DNA of 57,783 nucleotides from the IMG/VR virus record IMGVR_UViG_2554235495_000004, positions 1 through 57,783 of that record. One strand, written 5' to 3'. The position numbers and the translations under genes were made by a program. How positions within the stretch are numbered: position 1 is the first letter of the stretch; the number at the start of each line of letters is the position of its first letter. Source of the DNA: a virus. Shown piece by piece: positions 45,943 to 57,783 of the stretch. Under the pieces are notes generated by a model. The model ran no database searches and was not told the origin of the DNA. It saw only the letters and a list, made by a program, of their open reading frames with translations.

Positions 45943-46522
45943 AGTTTTGGACTTCGCGCGACTCCTGGGAGACGGCCATTGCGAGGACGGCAGCCTTATT
46001 CACGGCCATCTGCCCCCACCGCTCGTCCATGTCCTGCTGGAGTTGGTGCGGCGAGATCTTCGGATGGTGGAACGATCGCTTGATCGTCGTTTCGAGAGCA
46101 TCCGTCTCGTCCTCGGTCGGATTGGTGTCGCGGGCGATCTCGGGTTCTTCGTCGTTGGCCATCTGCTGGATCGCGCGGAGGAGTCCGGGCGGGAACCGCC
46201 GCTTGAGCGAACTCATCTTCCGGCGCTCAATCGGCCGGATCTCGAACTCGATCTCGTCGTGGCCCTCAATCGGGAAGTACGCGGTGGGATTGTCCGGCGA
46301 GCTATCGGTCCCGCGGACGGTCTCGTCCCACATTCGCTCTTGCTCTTCGGGCGAGAGGTCGCCATCGACGGGTTCGGGCTCTTCGGTGAGTGCGGAGCCA
46401 CCGCTGGTATCAAAGTCGTCAGACTGGGATTGGGCACCGGCATTCGCGCCGTCGATGTCGGTGTCGCCGTCGCTGTTCGGGCCGCGATCCGGTGCCGCGC
46501 CAGTGGAGTTAGATTCAGACAT
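45917..46522 (-). CDS. Tail assembly chaperone
   Basis: Lies between the tube and tape-measure genes. Confidence 0.75.
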   Translation of the reverse strand: MSESNSTGAAPDRGPNSDGDTDIDGANAGAQSQSDDFDTSGGSALTEEPEPVDGDLSPEEQERMWDETVRGTDSSPDNPTAYFPIEGHDEIEFEIRPIERRKMSSLKRRFPPGLLRAIQQMANDEEPEIARDTNPTEDETDALETTIKRSFHHPKISPHQLQQDMDERWGQMAVNKAAVLAMAVSQESREVQNFRVDGFGA

Positions 46523-46566
46523 TGGAGTAGTAGGGATACGTCAGGAGAGGAGGTGGTTCGGCTGCG

Positions 46567-46956
46567 CTATGGCAGCCGGGCGATGTCAGCTTCCCACTCG
46601 ACAGAGCCTTCCGCGAACGAACTCATGTCCCACGACGGAGCCACGCTCGCGGGGTAGACCTCGCGAAAGACATACGAGCCGTTGGGGTTGTTGAACTGGA
46701 TCTCGGCGTCCTCTTCGAGCGGGTGGCCATTGGTATCGACGAGTGCCGTCTCGGCCTCCGACGAAACACCCTCCCACTCGTAGGTGCCGGTCGTGTGAAC
46801 GGAGGTCCAGCCCGTGTACTGTTCGGGCCGGTTACTCCAGTCCGTCGAAGAGAGACTGATTTCGATCGTTGCTTCGACGTTCGTCACGTCGATGTCTTGG
46901 TTGCCGATGGTGAGCGTCCCTTCCTTCGAGCGGACGGTCTTCTGGTTACGTGCCAT
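46567..46956 (-). CDS. Tail tube protein
   Basis: 129 aa beta-rich, directly after the sheath gene. Confidence 0.8.
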   Translation of the reverse strand: MARNQKTVRSKEGTLTIGNQDIDVTNVEATIEISLSSTDWSNRPEQYTGWTSVHTTGTYEWEGVSSEAETALVDTNGHPLEEDAEIQFNNPNGSYVFREVYPASVAPSWDMSSFAEGSVEWEADIARLP

Positions 46957-47007
46957 AGGTGTAGATGAATCTCAGAGTGTCGGTCGTCAGTCAGTCAGAA
47001 TCGCCAC

Positions 47008-48477
47008 TTACGAGGTTGCGCCGCCCTGAATCGCCTGCGAACCGCGGGCGATGCTCAGATCGATCTGGGCGTCCTTCACGATGCCCGTCGGCGCGACCCG
47101 CACGGACAGTCCCACCGTGTCGACGCCGATCTTCGAGGCTTCGACGAAGTACGCACCGTCCTCGCCCGTCCGAGAGGCCTGTGCGTTCGGATCGCCCGAA
47201 CTCTGCGTGCCGGCCTCCGTGTTCTGATCCTCGTTGCTCGCCCGCTGGAGGAGGCCGCGACTCTGCATCCGCGAGATTTCGGTGACGTATGCCTCGCGGA
47301 TCATCTTGAGCGTCCGCTCGGGCTCGGAGATGACGCGATTCTCGCCCACCTTCCCCGCGGCGTGGCCGTAGGAGATGAGCTGGTCGACGATCCGGCGGCG
47401 GTAGTAGTCCCGCGTCCACGTCGGCAGCGAGTCGGGGTCGTTCGCCGTCCCGCTGTCGTACTGGTACGTCGAGTCGTTCCCATCGAGATAGATGGTGTCG
47501 TTGGACTGCGCGACGGGCATGACACCCTGGTCGCGGAGCGGGTTGTCCTCGTTGAACAGGAGGCCGTGTTCCGGCCCCTCGGCGTAGCCGTGGATGGGTT
47601 CCTCGCGCCCGAGGATCGGGTCGGTCATGTCGTTGCCGGCCATCTTCCCACCGATGCCCCCGAGGATCGTCCAGCCGTTCGGCCGGATGACAGGCCCGGC
47701 GACGAACAGGGCGTCCGAGTCGAAGTTGTGCGAGTAGGTCCCGACATCGATCTCGGGGTCGCCACCACTGGTTGTGGTGTTGGGTTCCGCGCCAAGGAGG
47801 CCATTCAGGAGTCGCCAGTGCGGCCGGAGTTCCTCGATCTTCGCGTCGAGCAGCTCGCCCACCGTCGTCGAGCAACTCTCGACTTGGTAGAGTGCTGCCT
47901 CGTCCTCTTGGACGATTGGGTCGGCAGCAGCCAAGGCGGTTTGCCAGTCGAGATACGCGTAGTCCACCTCGTAATCGTCGGACGTGGTGGCCTCGAACTC
48001 ACCCGTGTAAGGGTTGATAACGACCTCGGCGTTCGACGAACTCGTGACGGGAGTAGAGCTATACCCGAAGTCCACGTCGACGGTCGCACTCTGCGTGACG
48101 TTCGTCGCCGTGATCTGACTCGGGTCGTTGATCGGTGCGACGGGGAAGTTCGTGAGTTGGCCCGACCCGCCGGCGATAGACTCGGCCGTGACGGCGATCT
48201 CCTCGCACATCACGCCGTACAGAGAGTCCCGATCCGCGCCGTTGCGTGAGGCTTTGCGCATCGCCTCTTCGAGGCGCGTCCCCTCGCCGAACTGCGTCTC
48301 GGCGTTGACGGCATTGCTGAGTTTCGTCGGGTCGTTGACGCTCGCCGCGCCATTTGCGGGGTCGCCGCGCCCGAAGATGACGTGCGTAATCGCTTCGCCA
48401 CTGCCGGCCCCGGCGTAGGGATACGAGCTAACGCTGAGGCTCGTGCCGGGGGTCGTTCCGTACTGTCGTGCTGACAT
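47008..48477 (-). CDS. Tail sheath protein
   Basis: TTPGT.., QFGEG..L, LR.QGV.P and Y.RRIVD motifs. Confidence 0.9.
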   Translation of the reverse strand: MSARQYGTTPGTSLSVSSYPYAGAGSGEAITHVIFGRGDPANGAASVNDPTKLSNAVNAETQFGEGTRLEEAMRKASRNGADRDSLYGVMCEEIAVTAESIAGGSGQLTNFPVAPINDPSQITATNVTQSATVDVDFGYSSTPVTSSSNAEVVINPYTGEFEATTSDDYEVDYAYLDWQTALAAADPIVQEDEAALYQVESCSTTVGELLDAKIEELRPHWRLLNGLLGAEPNTTTSGGDPEIDVGTYSHNFDSDALFVAGPVIRPNGWTILGGIGGKMAGNDMTDPILGREEPIHGYAEGPEHGLLFNEDNPLRDQGVMPVAQSNDTIYLDGNDSTYQYDSGTANDPDSLPTWTRDYYRRRIVDQLISYGHAAGKVGENRVISEPERTLKMIREAYVTEISRMQSRGLLQRASNEDQNTEAGTQSSGDPNAQASRTGEDGAYFVEASKIGVDTVGLSVRVAPTGIVKDAQIDLSIARGSQAIQGGATS

Positions 48478-48578
48478 GAGTGTCGTGAGTGTGTGAATCC
48501 CGGTCTGAGTGCCGGGTGTGGTAGTCGCTAGGCGATGCTCGCTGCTGTCAGAAAGCCGGAGAAAAGCCTCAGAAGGAG

Positions 48579-48917
48579 TCAGTCGTCAGTGAATCGCGCG
48601 AGCGTGAGCGTGGCCTCGTACATCCCATCGTAATCCTCCTCATCAGACGCCTCGAATCGGAAGCCGTCCTCGAAGAACGCGAACTCGTGATCTTCGAGCG
48701 TCTGTTGGAGGTTTGCTTCGGCCGCGTCGAGGTCGGTGTTCATGTACCGCTCGGCATTTTCCTGCCACCCACCGACGAGCGTCGCCTCGAACTTGCCGCC
48801 CTGCCACTCGCTTCCGTGGCCGGTGAACTCGACTCTCGTGAACCCGTGGTCCGCTTCGTTGAGGATGTTGATGAGGTCGCGGAACGCTTCGTGCGGTTCG
48901 ATTGCTGTAGAAGGCAT
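48579..48917 (-). CDS. Hypothetical protein with an internal duplication
   Basis: GF..E......G.(F/Y)EATL occurs twice. Confidence 0.65.
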   Translation of the reverse strand: MPSTAIEPHEAFRDLINILNEADHGFTRVEFTGHGSEWQGGKFEATLVGGWQENAERYMNTDLDAAEANLQQTLEDHEFAFFEDGFRFEASDEEDYDGMYEATLTLARFTDD

Positions 48918-48928
48918 AGTAGATCAGA

Positions 48929-49567
48929 TCAGTTGGTCGTGTAGTGATCGCGGGCGTCGAACTCGACTTCGTTGCCATCGCCCGTCGCGTCGAAGTCGCC
49001 GTACTGCGGGGAGATGACCTCAGAGACATACTCCTGCGGCCCAAAGACCTCGGTCGAGTCGAGCGTCTTATTGTAGTCGACTTCGATCGTCGTGAGCCAC
49101 TGCCGGATGCCCGGCGAGGTATCGAGGTCGTCACGCGCCGCCTCGGGATCGATCCGCACTTCGTTGATCTCGACGAGAGGGTTGCCCTCGGCATCCATGA
49201 AATCCGTACCGCGAATCTCCGCGTCGTAGCGATAGAGTTCGTCCTCCATTGCCTCGCCGAGCGTGGTCGCATCGTGCGTCCCTGGCCCGGCGTCCGTCCG
49301 AACCTCGATTTGGACATCCATCGAGATTGGTACTCTGTAGAACGTGCCTATCCTGCCACCGGAGTCGTCGGTGATCGGCGTCTCCTCGGGCGTCTGGCTC
49401 CGGCGATTGCGATCGGTGGCCTGGATCGTGGCGTTGGGGAGGCCCTGTGCCGAGTCGTTGTTGTCACCGTCGAGTTCCTTGACGACGTATTCGATGTCGT
49501 CATCCACGCCGTTGGCACTCCGGAGTGCGCGGGCGATGGCGTGCAGGATGGTGTCGGCGTTGACCAT
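48929..49567 (-). CDS. Tail terminator/completion protein
   Basis: Position between the gp10-like gene and the sheath. Confidence 0.7.
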   Translation of the reverse strand: MVNADTILHAIARALRSANGVDDDIEYVVKELDGDNNDSAQGLPNATIQATDRNRRSQTPEETPITDDSGGRIGTFYRVPISMDVQIEVRTDAGPGTHDATTLGEAMEDELYRYDAEIRGTDFMDAEGNPLVEINEVRIDPEAARDDLDTSPGIRQWLTTIEVDYNKTLDSTEVFGPQEYVSEVISPQYGDFDATGDGNEVEFDARDHYTTN

Positions 49568-50046
49568 TAGGAGAAGACCTGCTCGTAGACCCGATCGAGT
49601 TCGGCGTTGATGTTTTCTTCCAGCTCACTCCGAACGTCATTAAACGAAGGGCGGACAAACGGGGAGGGCTCCACTCCAGGGTGCATCACTTTGTCCGTGA
49701 CCACCGTCTGGCCGTCTTCACCCTCGAAGACGAGCGGGTCGCCCTCAATGGGGTACTTCTCGCCCTCGGGGCCGTGGAGTCCCGACCCGTACTCTTGGGG
49801 CGGGCCGTGTTCGAGATCGGTCCCCCAGCCCCACGACATGAGGCCGCGGCGATAGGCTTCGATGTCGCGGGCGAGTTCGCCAGTGTCCTGTGGGGCGTAG
49901 TAGGCCGCCTGTGCGCTGCCGTGGCGGGCGGTGGTAGCCACCCCTTCGTCCACCGCTTCGGGCGTCTTGGCGGCCGCCTCGGACGCCTCCTCGGCGAACT
50001 CTCGAAGATCGTCCGCGAACTCCTCGAAGCCAGAGAATGAGGTCAC
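49567..50046 (-). CDS. HK97 gp10-like tail completion protein
   Basis: APQDTGEL..I...EYG..HPG....PFVRPSF. Confidence 0.85.
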   Translation of the reverse strand: MTSFSGFEEFADDLREFAEEASEAAAKTPEAVDEGVATTARHGSAQAAYYAPQDTGELARDIEAYRRGLMSWGWGTDLEHGPPQEYGSGLHGPEGEKYPIEGDPLVFEGEDGQTVVTDKVMHPGVEPSPFVRPSFNDVRSELEENINAELDRVYEQVFS

Positions 50047-50048
50047 TG

Positions 50049-50456
50049 TCAGTAGCTCTCGAAGCCGAAGGCGACTGCATACGACTCGGGATCGGCGTCC
50101 TCGCCTTTGTCGACATCCAGAATCATCTGGATAGTGTCCTCGTACCGGGATCGGTACTCCTTGGCGACGGCGAGGCGGCGCTGGCCGTCGTCGGCCGCGT
50201 CACCCTCACGCCGCGATCCGGGCGAAGCCGCGGGGAGTTTGAGGTCGTAGGTTGCGTACTCCCGCACGGCCTTCGCGTGGATACCCTCGGGCGTCTGGAT
50301 CTTCTCGCCGCTATTGACATCCCATTCGAGTTGGTCCTCTGCCGACTCGATTGAATCGAGGACGATTTCCGGTTGGTCGGCGAATCGGGAGGGATCGGTT
50401 AACGGTAGTTCCTCCGGGCTCACGCCATACTTCGGCGAGTAGCTACTGCTCGACAC
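50049..50456 (-). CDS. Head-tail adaptor
   Basis: Position and size after the capsid cluster. Confidence 0.65.
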   Translation of the reverse strand: MSSSSYSPKYGVSPEELPLTDPSRFADQPEIVLDSIESAEDQLEWDVNSGEKIQTPEGIHAKAVREYATYDLKLPAASPGSRREGDAADDGQRRLAVAKEYRSRYEDTIQMILDVDKGEDADPESYAVAFGFESY

Positions 50457-50462
50457 GAGCAG

Positions 50463-50837
50463 TCACCCCTCCGCGCCGCCAGTCACGAGGTCGTTCGCTT
50501 CGACGATCAGTCCCGTGGCCTTCTCGGCCGTGATGCCGCCGATTTCAGCGAGGGCGTCGTTGTCCGACGCACGGATGTCCTCGAACGTTCGGTAGCCTCG
50601 CTCGTTGAGGTCATCCGCTCGCTCCGAGCCGATGCCATCGAGTCGCGTGAGGTCGTCGGGCTCGGCGGGTTCGGGCTCGTCGTCGGCCTCGTCCTCGATC
50701 TGGTGGAGTTCGACACCCTTGCGATCGCGGAGGTGGTCCGCCGACGTGACAGGGATGACGAGTTCGTCGCCCGGCCCGTAGCGTTCGCCGTCGTGTTCGA
50801 TCGGCGGTGAGTCGGACTCGATCAGATAGCGTGGCAT
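50463..50837 (-). CDS. Helix-hairpin-helix protein, paralogue 2
   Basis: DDLTRLDGIGSERADDLNERGYRTFEDI. Confidence 0.75.
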   Translation of the reverse strand: MPRYLIESDSPPIEHDGERYGPGDELVIPVTSADHLRDRKGVELHQIEDEADDEPEPAEPDDLTRLDGIGSERADDLNERGYRTFEDIRASDNDALAEIGGITAEKATGLIVEANDLVTGGAEG

Positions 50838-50841
50838 GGGC

Positions 50842-51273
50842 TTAGACCTCGCCGTCGGCCAGTTGCTCGTGAATCTTCTCGGCGTTCGCTTCCGAGACGT
50901 TCTGGACGCCGGCCAGCTCGTCGACACTCGCGTCACGCAGGTCATCGAACGTCCGGTAGCCCGACTCGTGCAGGCGATCGGCCGTCGCCGGGCCGATGCC
51001 CTTCAACGCGGTGAAGTCGTCGGGATCGGCGGCGTCCGCGCCGTGGCTGTCGTCCTCGCTGACGGCCTCGGTGGTCTCGTCGGTGGCGGACGAGGTGCCG
51101 GCGGAGTCAGCGGTGGTGTCCGCGCTCTCGTCCGACTCAACAGGAACGAGAACGTCGCCGAGGAGTTCGCGTTCGGTTTCGGTCGGCGTGAACGGCTCGC
51201 CGGGTTCGACCGGCTCACCATCGCGGTAGTGGTTCGTGGCCCCTTCGGGGAGAGTGAACCGATCGTCAGCCAT
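50842..51273 (-). CDS. Helix-hairpin-helix protein, paralogue 1
   Basis: DDFTALKGIGPATADRLHESGYRTFDDL. Confidence 0.8.
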   Translation of the reverse strand: MADDRFTLPEGATNHYRDGEPVEPGEPFTPTETERELLGDVLVPVESDESADTTADSAGTSSATDETTEAVSEDDSHGADAADPDDFTALKGIGPATADRLHESGYRTFDDLRDASVDELAGVQNVSEANAEKIHEQLADGEV

Positions 51274-51277
51274 TGGC

Positions 51278-52366
51278 TTACGGTGCCGTCGCGTAGACGA
51301 TTCCGCTCTGACCCTGCATCGTCACCTTCGGCATCGGGCTGAGTGCGGCGTGGGCCTTGAACTCGTCCGTGTAGGCGTGGTCGCCCCACTGCGTGTTCTG
51401 GGGGTTCTGGGCGACGCCCAGTTCGAAGACGTCCTGGGTCGGCCGGAGCATCAGCATCCCGTCGCTGGGGAAGAAGTCGAGTTCCTCGATCTCGTTGATG
51501 TTCGAGAGTTCCTCGACCCGGTCGCGGACGAGCATGTTCCCGTTGCCGCTCGGGTCCGGTTCGTCAAGGAGGTCGTAGTAGTCCTCGCCGAGGAAGACGT
51601 CATAGCCGACATCGCCGGCCTTGACGTTGTTGTCGTTCTTGAGGATCGCTCGGAGGTTCTTGAACGACTTGCGGATCTGCGCGAGATCGGTATCCCACGC
51701 CGCGTCGAAGGTGGTCGTGTTGACGCGCTCGGCGTCGGTGAGCGACGAGACGCCGAAGCTGGTGCCGCGCCAGTCGACGCTGATGTGGTCGGCCGGGCTG
51801 GTTCCGCCAGGGTTGCCGGAGATGATCTGCTCGGCCGTCTCGGCGATGATGCGGCCACCGGCACCAGCTTTCTCTTCGTCGACGTCAACCTGCGACCCCA
51901 TCGGCGCGTCCGGCGAGGGACGCTCGCGGAAGCCGGTCTTGTAGTCGACCTGGATGAGCGGCATTGCGGCCGCGTCCTTGCCGAACTCCAGTGAGAGGTT
52001 GCTCGACTCCGTGTTGAAGTCCATGTCGACGGTCGAGCGGCCCGCGTCGTCGCGGATGTTCCACGAGATGAGCTGGCTGCGGATGTCGAACTCGCGGGTG
52101 AGGTTCTTCCGCCGGCAGTACGACCACAGCTTCGTCATCTGGCGGAACGGGCCGTACATGGCGTTGTCCATGTCGGCGAAGGCGTCCTCGGGGAGGGCAC
52201 CCTCCTGAATCGCGTTCTGCCGGGCGTTGTTCCGCCCCGCCCGCGCGTCGGCGATCTGAGCCGCCGCGTGCCGGGGGATGTCGATGTCGCCGTTCCGAAC
52301 GACGCCGCCGGAGATGCTACCGTCGCTCGTGCTGTTCATTTCGCCGTTGACCATTGCTCCAGACAT
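51278..52366 (-). CDS. Major capsid protein (HK97 fold)
   Basis: 362 aa after the protease and cement genes; MPLIQVDY and C-terminal P..K......GIV. Confidence 0.88.
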   Translation of the reverse strand: MSGAMVNGEMNSTSDGSISGGVVRNGDIDIPRHAAAQIADARAGRNNARQNAIQEGALPEDAFADMDNAMYGPFRQMTKLWSYCRRKNLTREFDIRSQLISWNIRDDAGRSTVDMDFNTESSNLSLEFGKDAAAMPLIQVDYKTGFRERPSPDAPMGSQVDVDEEKAGAGGRIIAETAEQIISGNPGGTSPADHISVDWRGTSFGVSSLTDAERVNTTTFDAAWDTDLAQIRKSFKNLRAILKNDNNVKAGDVGYDVFLGEDYYDLLDEPDPSGNGNMLVRDRVEELSNINEIEELDFFPSDGMLMLRPTQDVFELGVAQNPQNTQWGDHAYTDEFKAHAALSPMPKVTMQGQSGIVYATAP

Positions 52367-52850
52367 TAGTGAGTCACCTCCATGTGGACGAGCTGCGCAT
52401 CGCTCGCCCCGGTCGTATCGATACCGTAGGACTTGTTCACCGGCTCATCGCCGGGGACCTGGAATACCGCAGTGTCGCTGCCGTCGCCAGTCATCGCCCG
52501 CACGGTGCCGTCACCCGCGGACGTGAGGTCGTCGGTGAGCGAGACGTTGTTGCCGGTGGCGAGGAGGCCGCGCACCGCGCCGCCAGTCACCTCGGCGTAC
52601 TCGATCGTCTCGCCTTCGGGGAACGCATCGCCGTGCTGGTAGCCACGGCCAGGGAGGTCGAGTGCGATGAGGATGCGGCCGGGTCGCGAACCGTCGACCG
52701 AGAGCGGCTGGACGCCGTTCGCCGTCTCTTCGACGAGGTGGCCCGCTCGGACAGTGCCCACCGTCTCGGCCTCGTGCTGGGCCTTGAGGTGGTGTGCGTT
52801 GACGACGACGCGCTGGGGGTCGTTCTGGGTTTCGTAGCCGTTCTGAGTCA

Positions 52851-52851
<1 letters not shown>
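52366..52851 (-). CDS. Capsid cement/decoration protein
   Basis: Typical size and position just before the capsid gene. Confidence 0.7.
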
Positions 52852-55703
<2,852 letters not shown>

Positions 55704-55707
<4 letters not shown>

Positions 55708-57332
55708 TCTTCCTCGTCGTCAGTAGTGTCGTCGGAGGTGTCCCGCCACTTGCCGTCAGGTTCGTCGGCGTTGGCGCGGACGGTGCCGGCCATTCCGCTC
55801 GGTGCCGTGGCCGGGCTGGCTGTTCCCTCGGAGGCGGCCTCAGCCTCGGCGTCGAGATTTATCGCCGCGTCCAGCTCGCCGGGCGAGCGTTCGTCTTGCG
55901 CTTCGACGTGATCCGGGGCCTCCGAGCCGCGTTCGGGACTCCAGTCGTAGATCTGCTTGCGGCGTTCCGCGGTGGTGGTGTCCTGCTGGGGGTTCTTGCC
56001 CGTCGCCGTGTTGATGGCGTTGGCCTTGCGCTCCATGATCTCGGCCTCTTCCTGCTCGGAGAGTTCGCTCAGGGCCGGCCACTCGATCGTGTACGTCTCG
56101 CCGTCGGGTTCGGGAAGGATGCCCGCCCGGATGAGGAGGTCGAGCAGTGGGCGGAGGATGCGCGCTTCGAGATAACTATCCCGATCGCCGGCCACGCTCG
56201 ATCGCCAGTCGGCGTTATCCTCTGTGGTGGCGCGCTCGCCCGTCTCGTTGCCTTTGATGATGCTCTGGGGGATGTCCTTCGCGGCGGCGATTGCCTCCCA
56301 CTGGATGTCCATGTGGTCGGCGGGACTGGCGATGTCCGCGCCAAGAGTTTCGATCTCGCCGTTCGAGCGAATCGTCCGGTCGAAGCGATCGACGTAGTTC
56401 GAGATCTGAGTGGCGAGGGCATCGCCGCCGTCCTGAAACTCCGTCGGCACGCGCTGCGTGGTGCCGCCGATCTCCTTGATCGCCTCCGGCGGCTTCATGA
56501 CGATCCCCTGGTAGCCACCGCGCCAGTAGCCCTCGCCACTCGCGCCGTAGATCTTCGTCATGTCCGTGATCCGATTGATGATGTTCTTGTAGAAGGGGAT
56601 CGAGCGGTAGGGGTCGACGAGCGTGTTGCTCGCGATGTGGATCACGCGGGTATGGTGGACGTCGCTCGTCTCGGTGTTCGCGTCGGTGATGGTGTACGAG
56701 TCGGGGCGGCCGTACCGATCGTCATCGAGGTCCTTACTGACGGTGAAGTCGATCTTGTTCTGAGGATACAGTTCGATGTAGGCGAGGTCCGAGAGGTCGC
56801 GGCTGTCGTCGCTGTCGAGTTTCTCGGAGACGCTTTGGTCGTCCTTGATCCCGACGACGATCACCGAATACTGGCCGAGGCGGGCGAGGAGATCGGCCGC
56901 CATCAGCCGCGGCTTGAGCGCCTCGCGGAGGAGTGTGCGCCGCGGGTTGTTCGGGGCGTTGTTGTCGAAGAGGTTCTCGACGGCCGTCTCGAAGTCCGTC
57001 TGATCGTCCTCGTCGTCGCCCTCGGTGGGCTCGTCGTCGACGATGTCCGGGCGGCCCTGCCAGGCGTCGTTGACGAACTTGTCGAGCAGGCCCGAGACGG
57101 GACCGCCGCGCAGGTAGTACGTCAGCCACGTGTTGAACGTGAGCTGGTTCTCGCGTGGATACCCGAGCGCGTCCCACATCTTCGGGGAGCGCGCATCGTC
57201 GAGCAGGCCGTCGAAGTTGCTGCGCGAGAGGACACCCGAGCGACCGCCGTACATGGCGTTGGTGCGGGCCTGCGGGAGGTCCGGCCCGCGCCACACCTGC
57301 GGCTCGCTCTCGTCGTCGGAATCAGAACTCAT
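55704..57332 (-). CDS. Portal protein (DUF1073-like)
   Basis: Position after the terminase; RVIHI, IPQSI..G.ETGERAT.ED. Confidence 0.88.
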
Positions 57333-57351
57333 GAATTGGAGGGAACGTTGA

Positions 57352-57783
57352 TTACCAGGCGCTCGGGACGGAGACGCGGCCAGTTTCAGTGCTGTCGTCG
57401 GTGAATAGCGCGTACCGAAGGGCGTCGAGACAGTGGTCGACGGCAGCCTTCTTGCCGACCTGCTCCTCTTGGTAACTCAGGAACTCCTGAATCAACTCGG
57501 TGCACTTGTCGGAAACGAGGAGTCCAGGGCGGCGCTCGTCGTCGAGTTCGAGCCGGCTACGGACGTGAGGGATGCCCTCGTCAAGCGACTTGTTCGCTTT
57601 CATGGTATTCCAGCCCGCCCGTTGGAATTTCTGCATGTGCGCCGGCTCGTGCTCACAGTAGAGCATCCCTTTGGGCTTGCCGGCGAGCCACCCGCCGCCG
57701 GTCTTGGGGTTCAAGATGTCTTCAGGGTGGCTCTCCGAGCGGTGGGTTGGTCGCACGTCGACTGGGGGTCGAGCGTCGGCCTC
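57352..57783 (-). CDS. terL: Terminase large subunit, C-terminal nuclease part (partial)
   Basis: Frame open to the window edge; GI..V...L, C..LI.EF..Y and DH.LDALRY. Confidence 0.9.
   Translation of the reverse strand, partial: EADARPPVDVRPTHRSESHPEDILNPKTGGGWLAGKPKGMLYCEHEPAHMQKFQRAGWNTMKANKSLDEGIPHVRSRLELDDERRPGLLVSDKCTELIQEFLSYQEEQVGKKAAVDHCLDALRYALFTDDSTETGRVSVPSAW

Overview
The whole window appears to be one tailed (HK97-fold, contractile-tailed) provirus of a halophilic archaeon, judged from the high-GC DNA, acidic proteome, archaeal PCNA and TATA-type promoters. Left to right: (1) a tyrosine integrase with a C-terminal Zn ribbon; (2) a leftward operon with a membrane protein, RNase HI, PCNA, an HNH endonuclease, a PD-(D/E)xK-like protein and a ParB-like protein; (3) a regulatory region rich in RHH, wHTH and PadR genes; (4) a rightward early region of small Zn-finger ORFs, a C5 DNA methyltransferase and an AEP-like protein; (5) a three-gene cassette on a divergent promoter; (6) the leftward virion module from the terminase (cut off by the window end) through portal, capsid, sheath, tube, tape measure and baseplate to three tail fibres. 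No att site, tRNA, CRISPR array, replicative polymerase or helicase was found. Highlights: (a) two virion proteins carry right-handed beta-helix domains, and the separate cassette encodes a stand-alone paralogue of each, one with a Tat signal, suggesting a receptor-destroying or superinfection-exclusion glycan system; (b) a covarying three-way-junction RNA motif occurs twice in the same TATA-motif-AAGC-AUG geometry; (c) a likely UUU_CGN +1 frameshift in the tail assembly chaperone; (d) a structured non-coding block downstream of the integrase. All calls were made by eye from the sequence and the ORF track; no database searches or folding programs were run.
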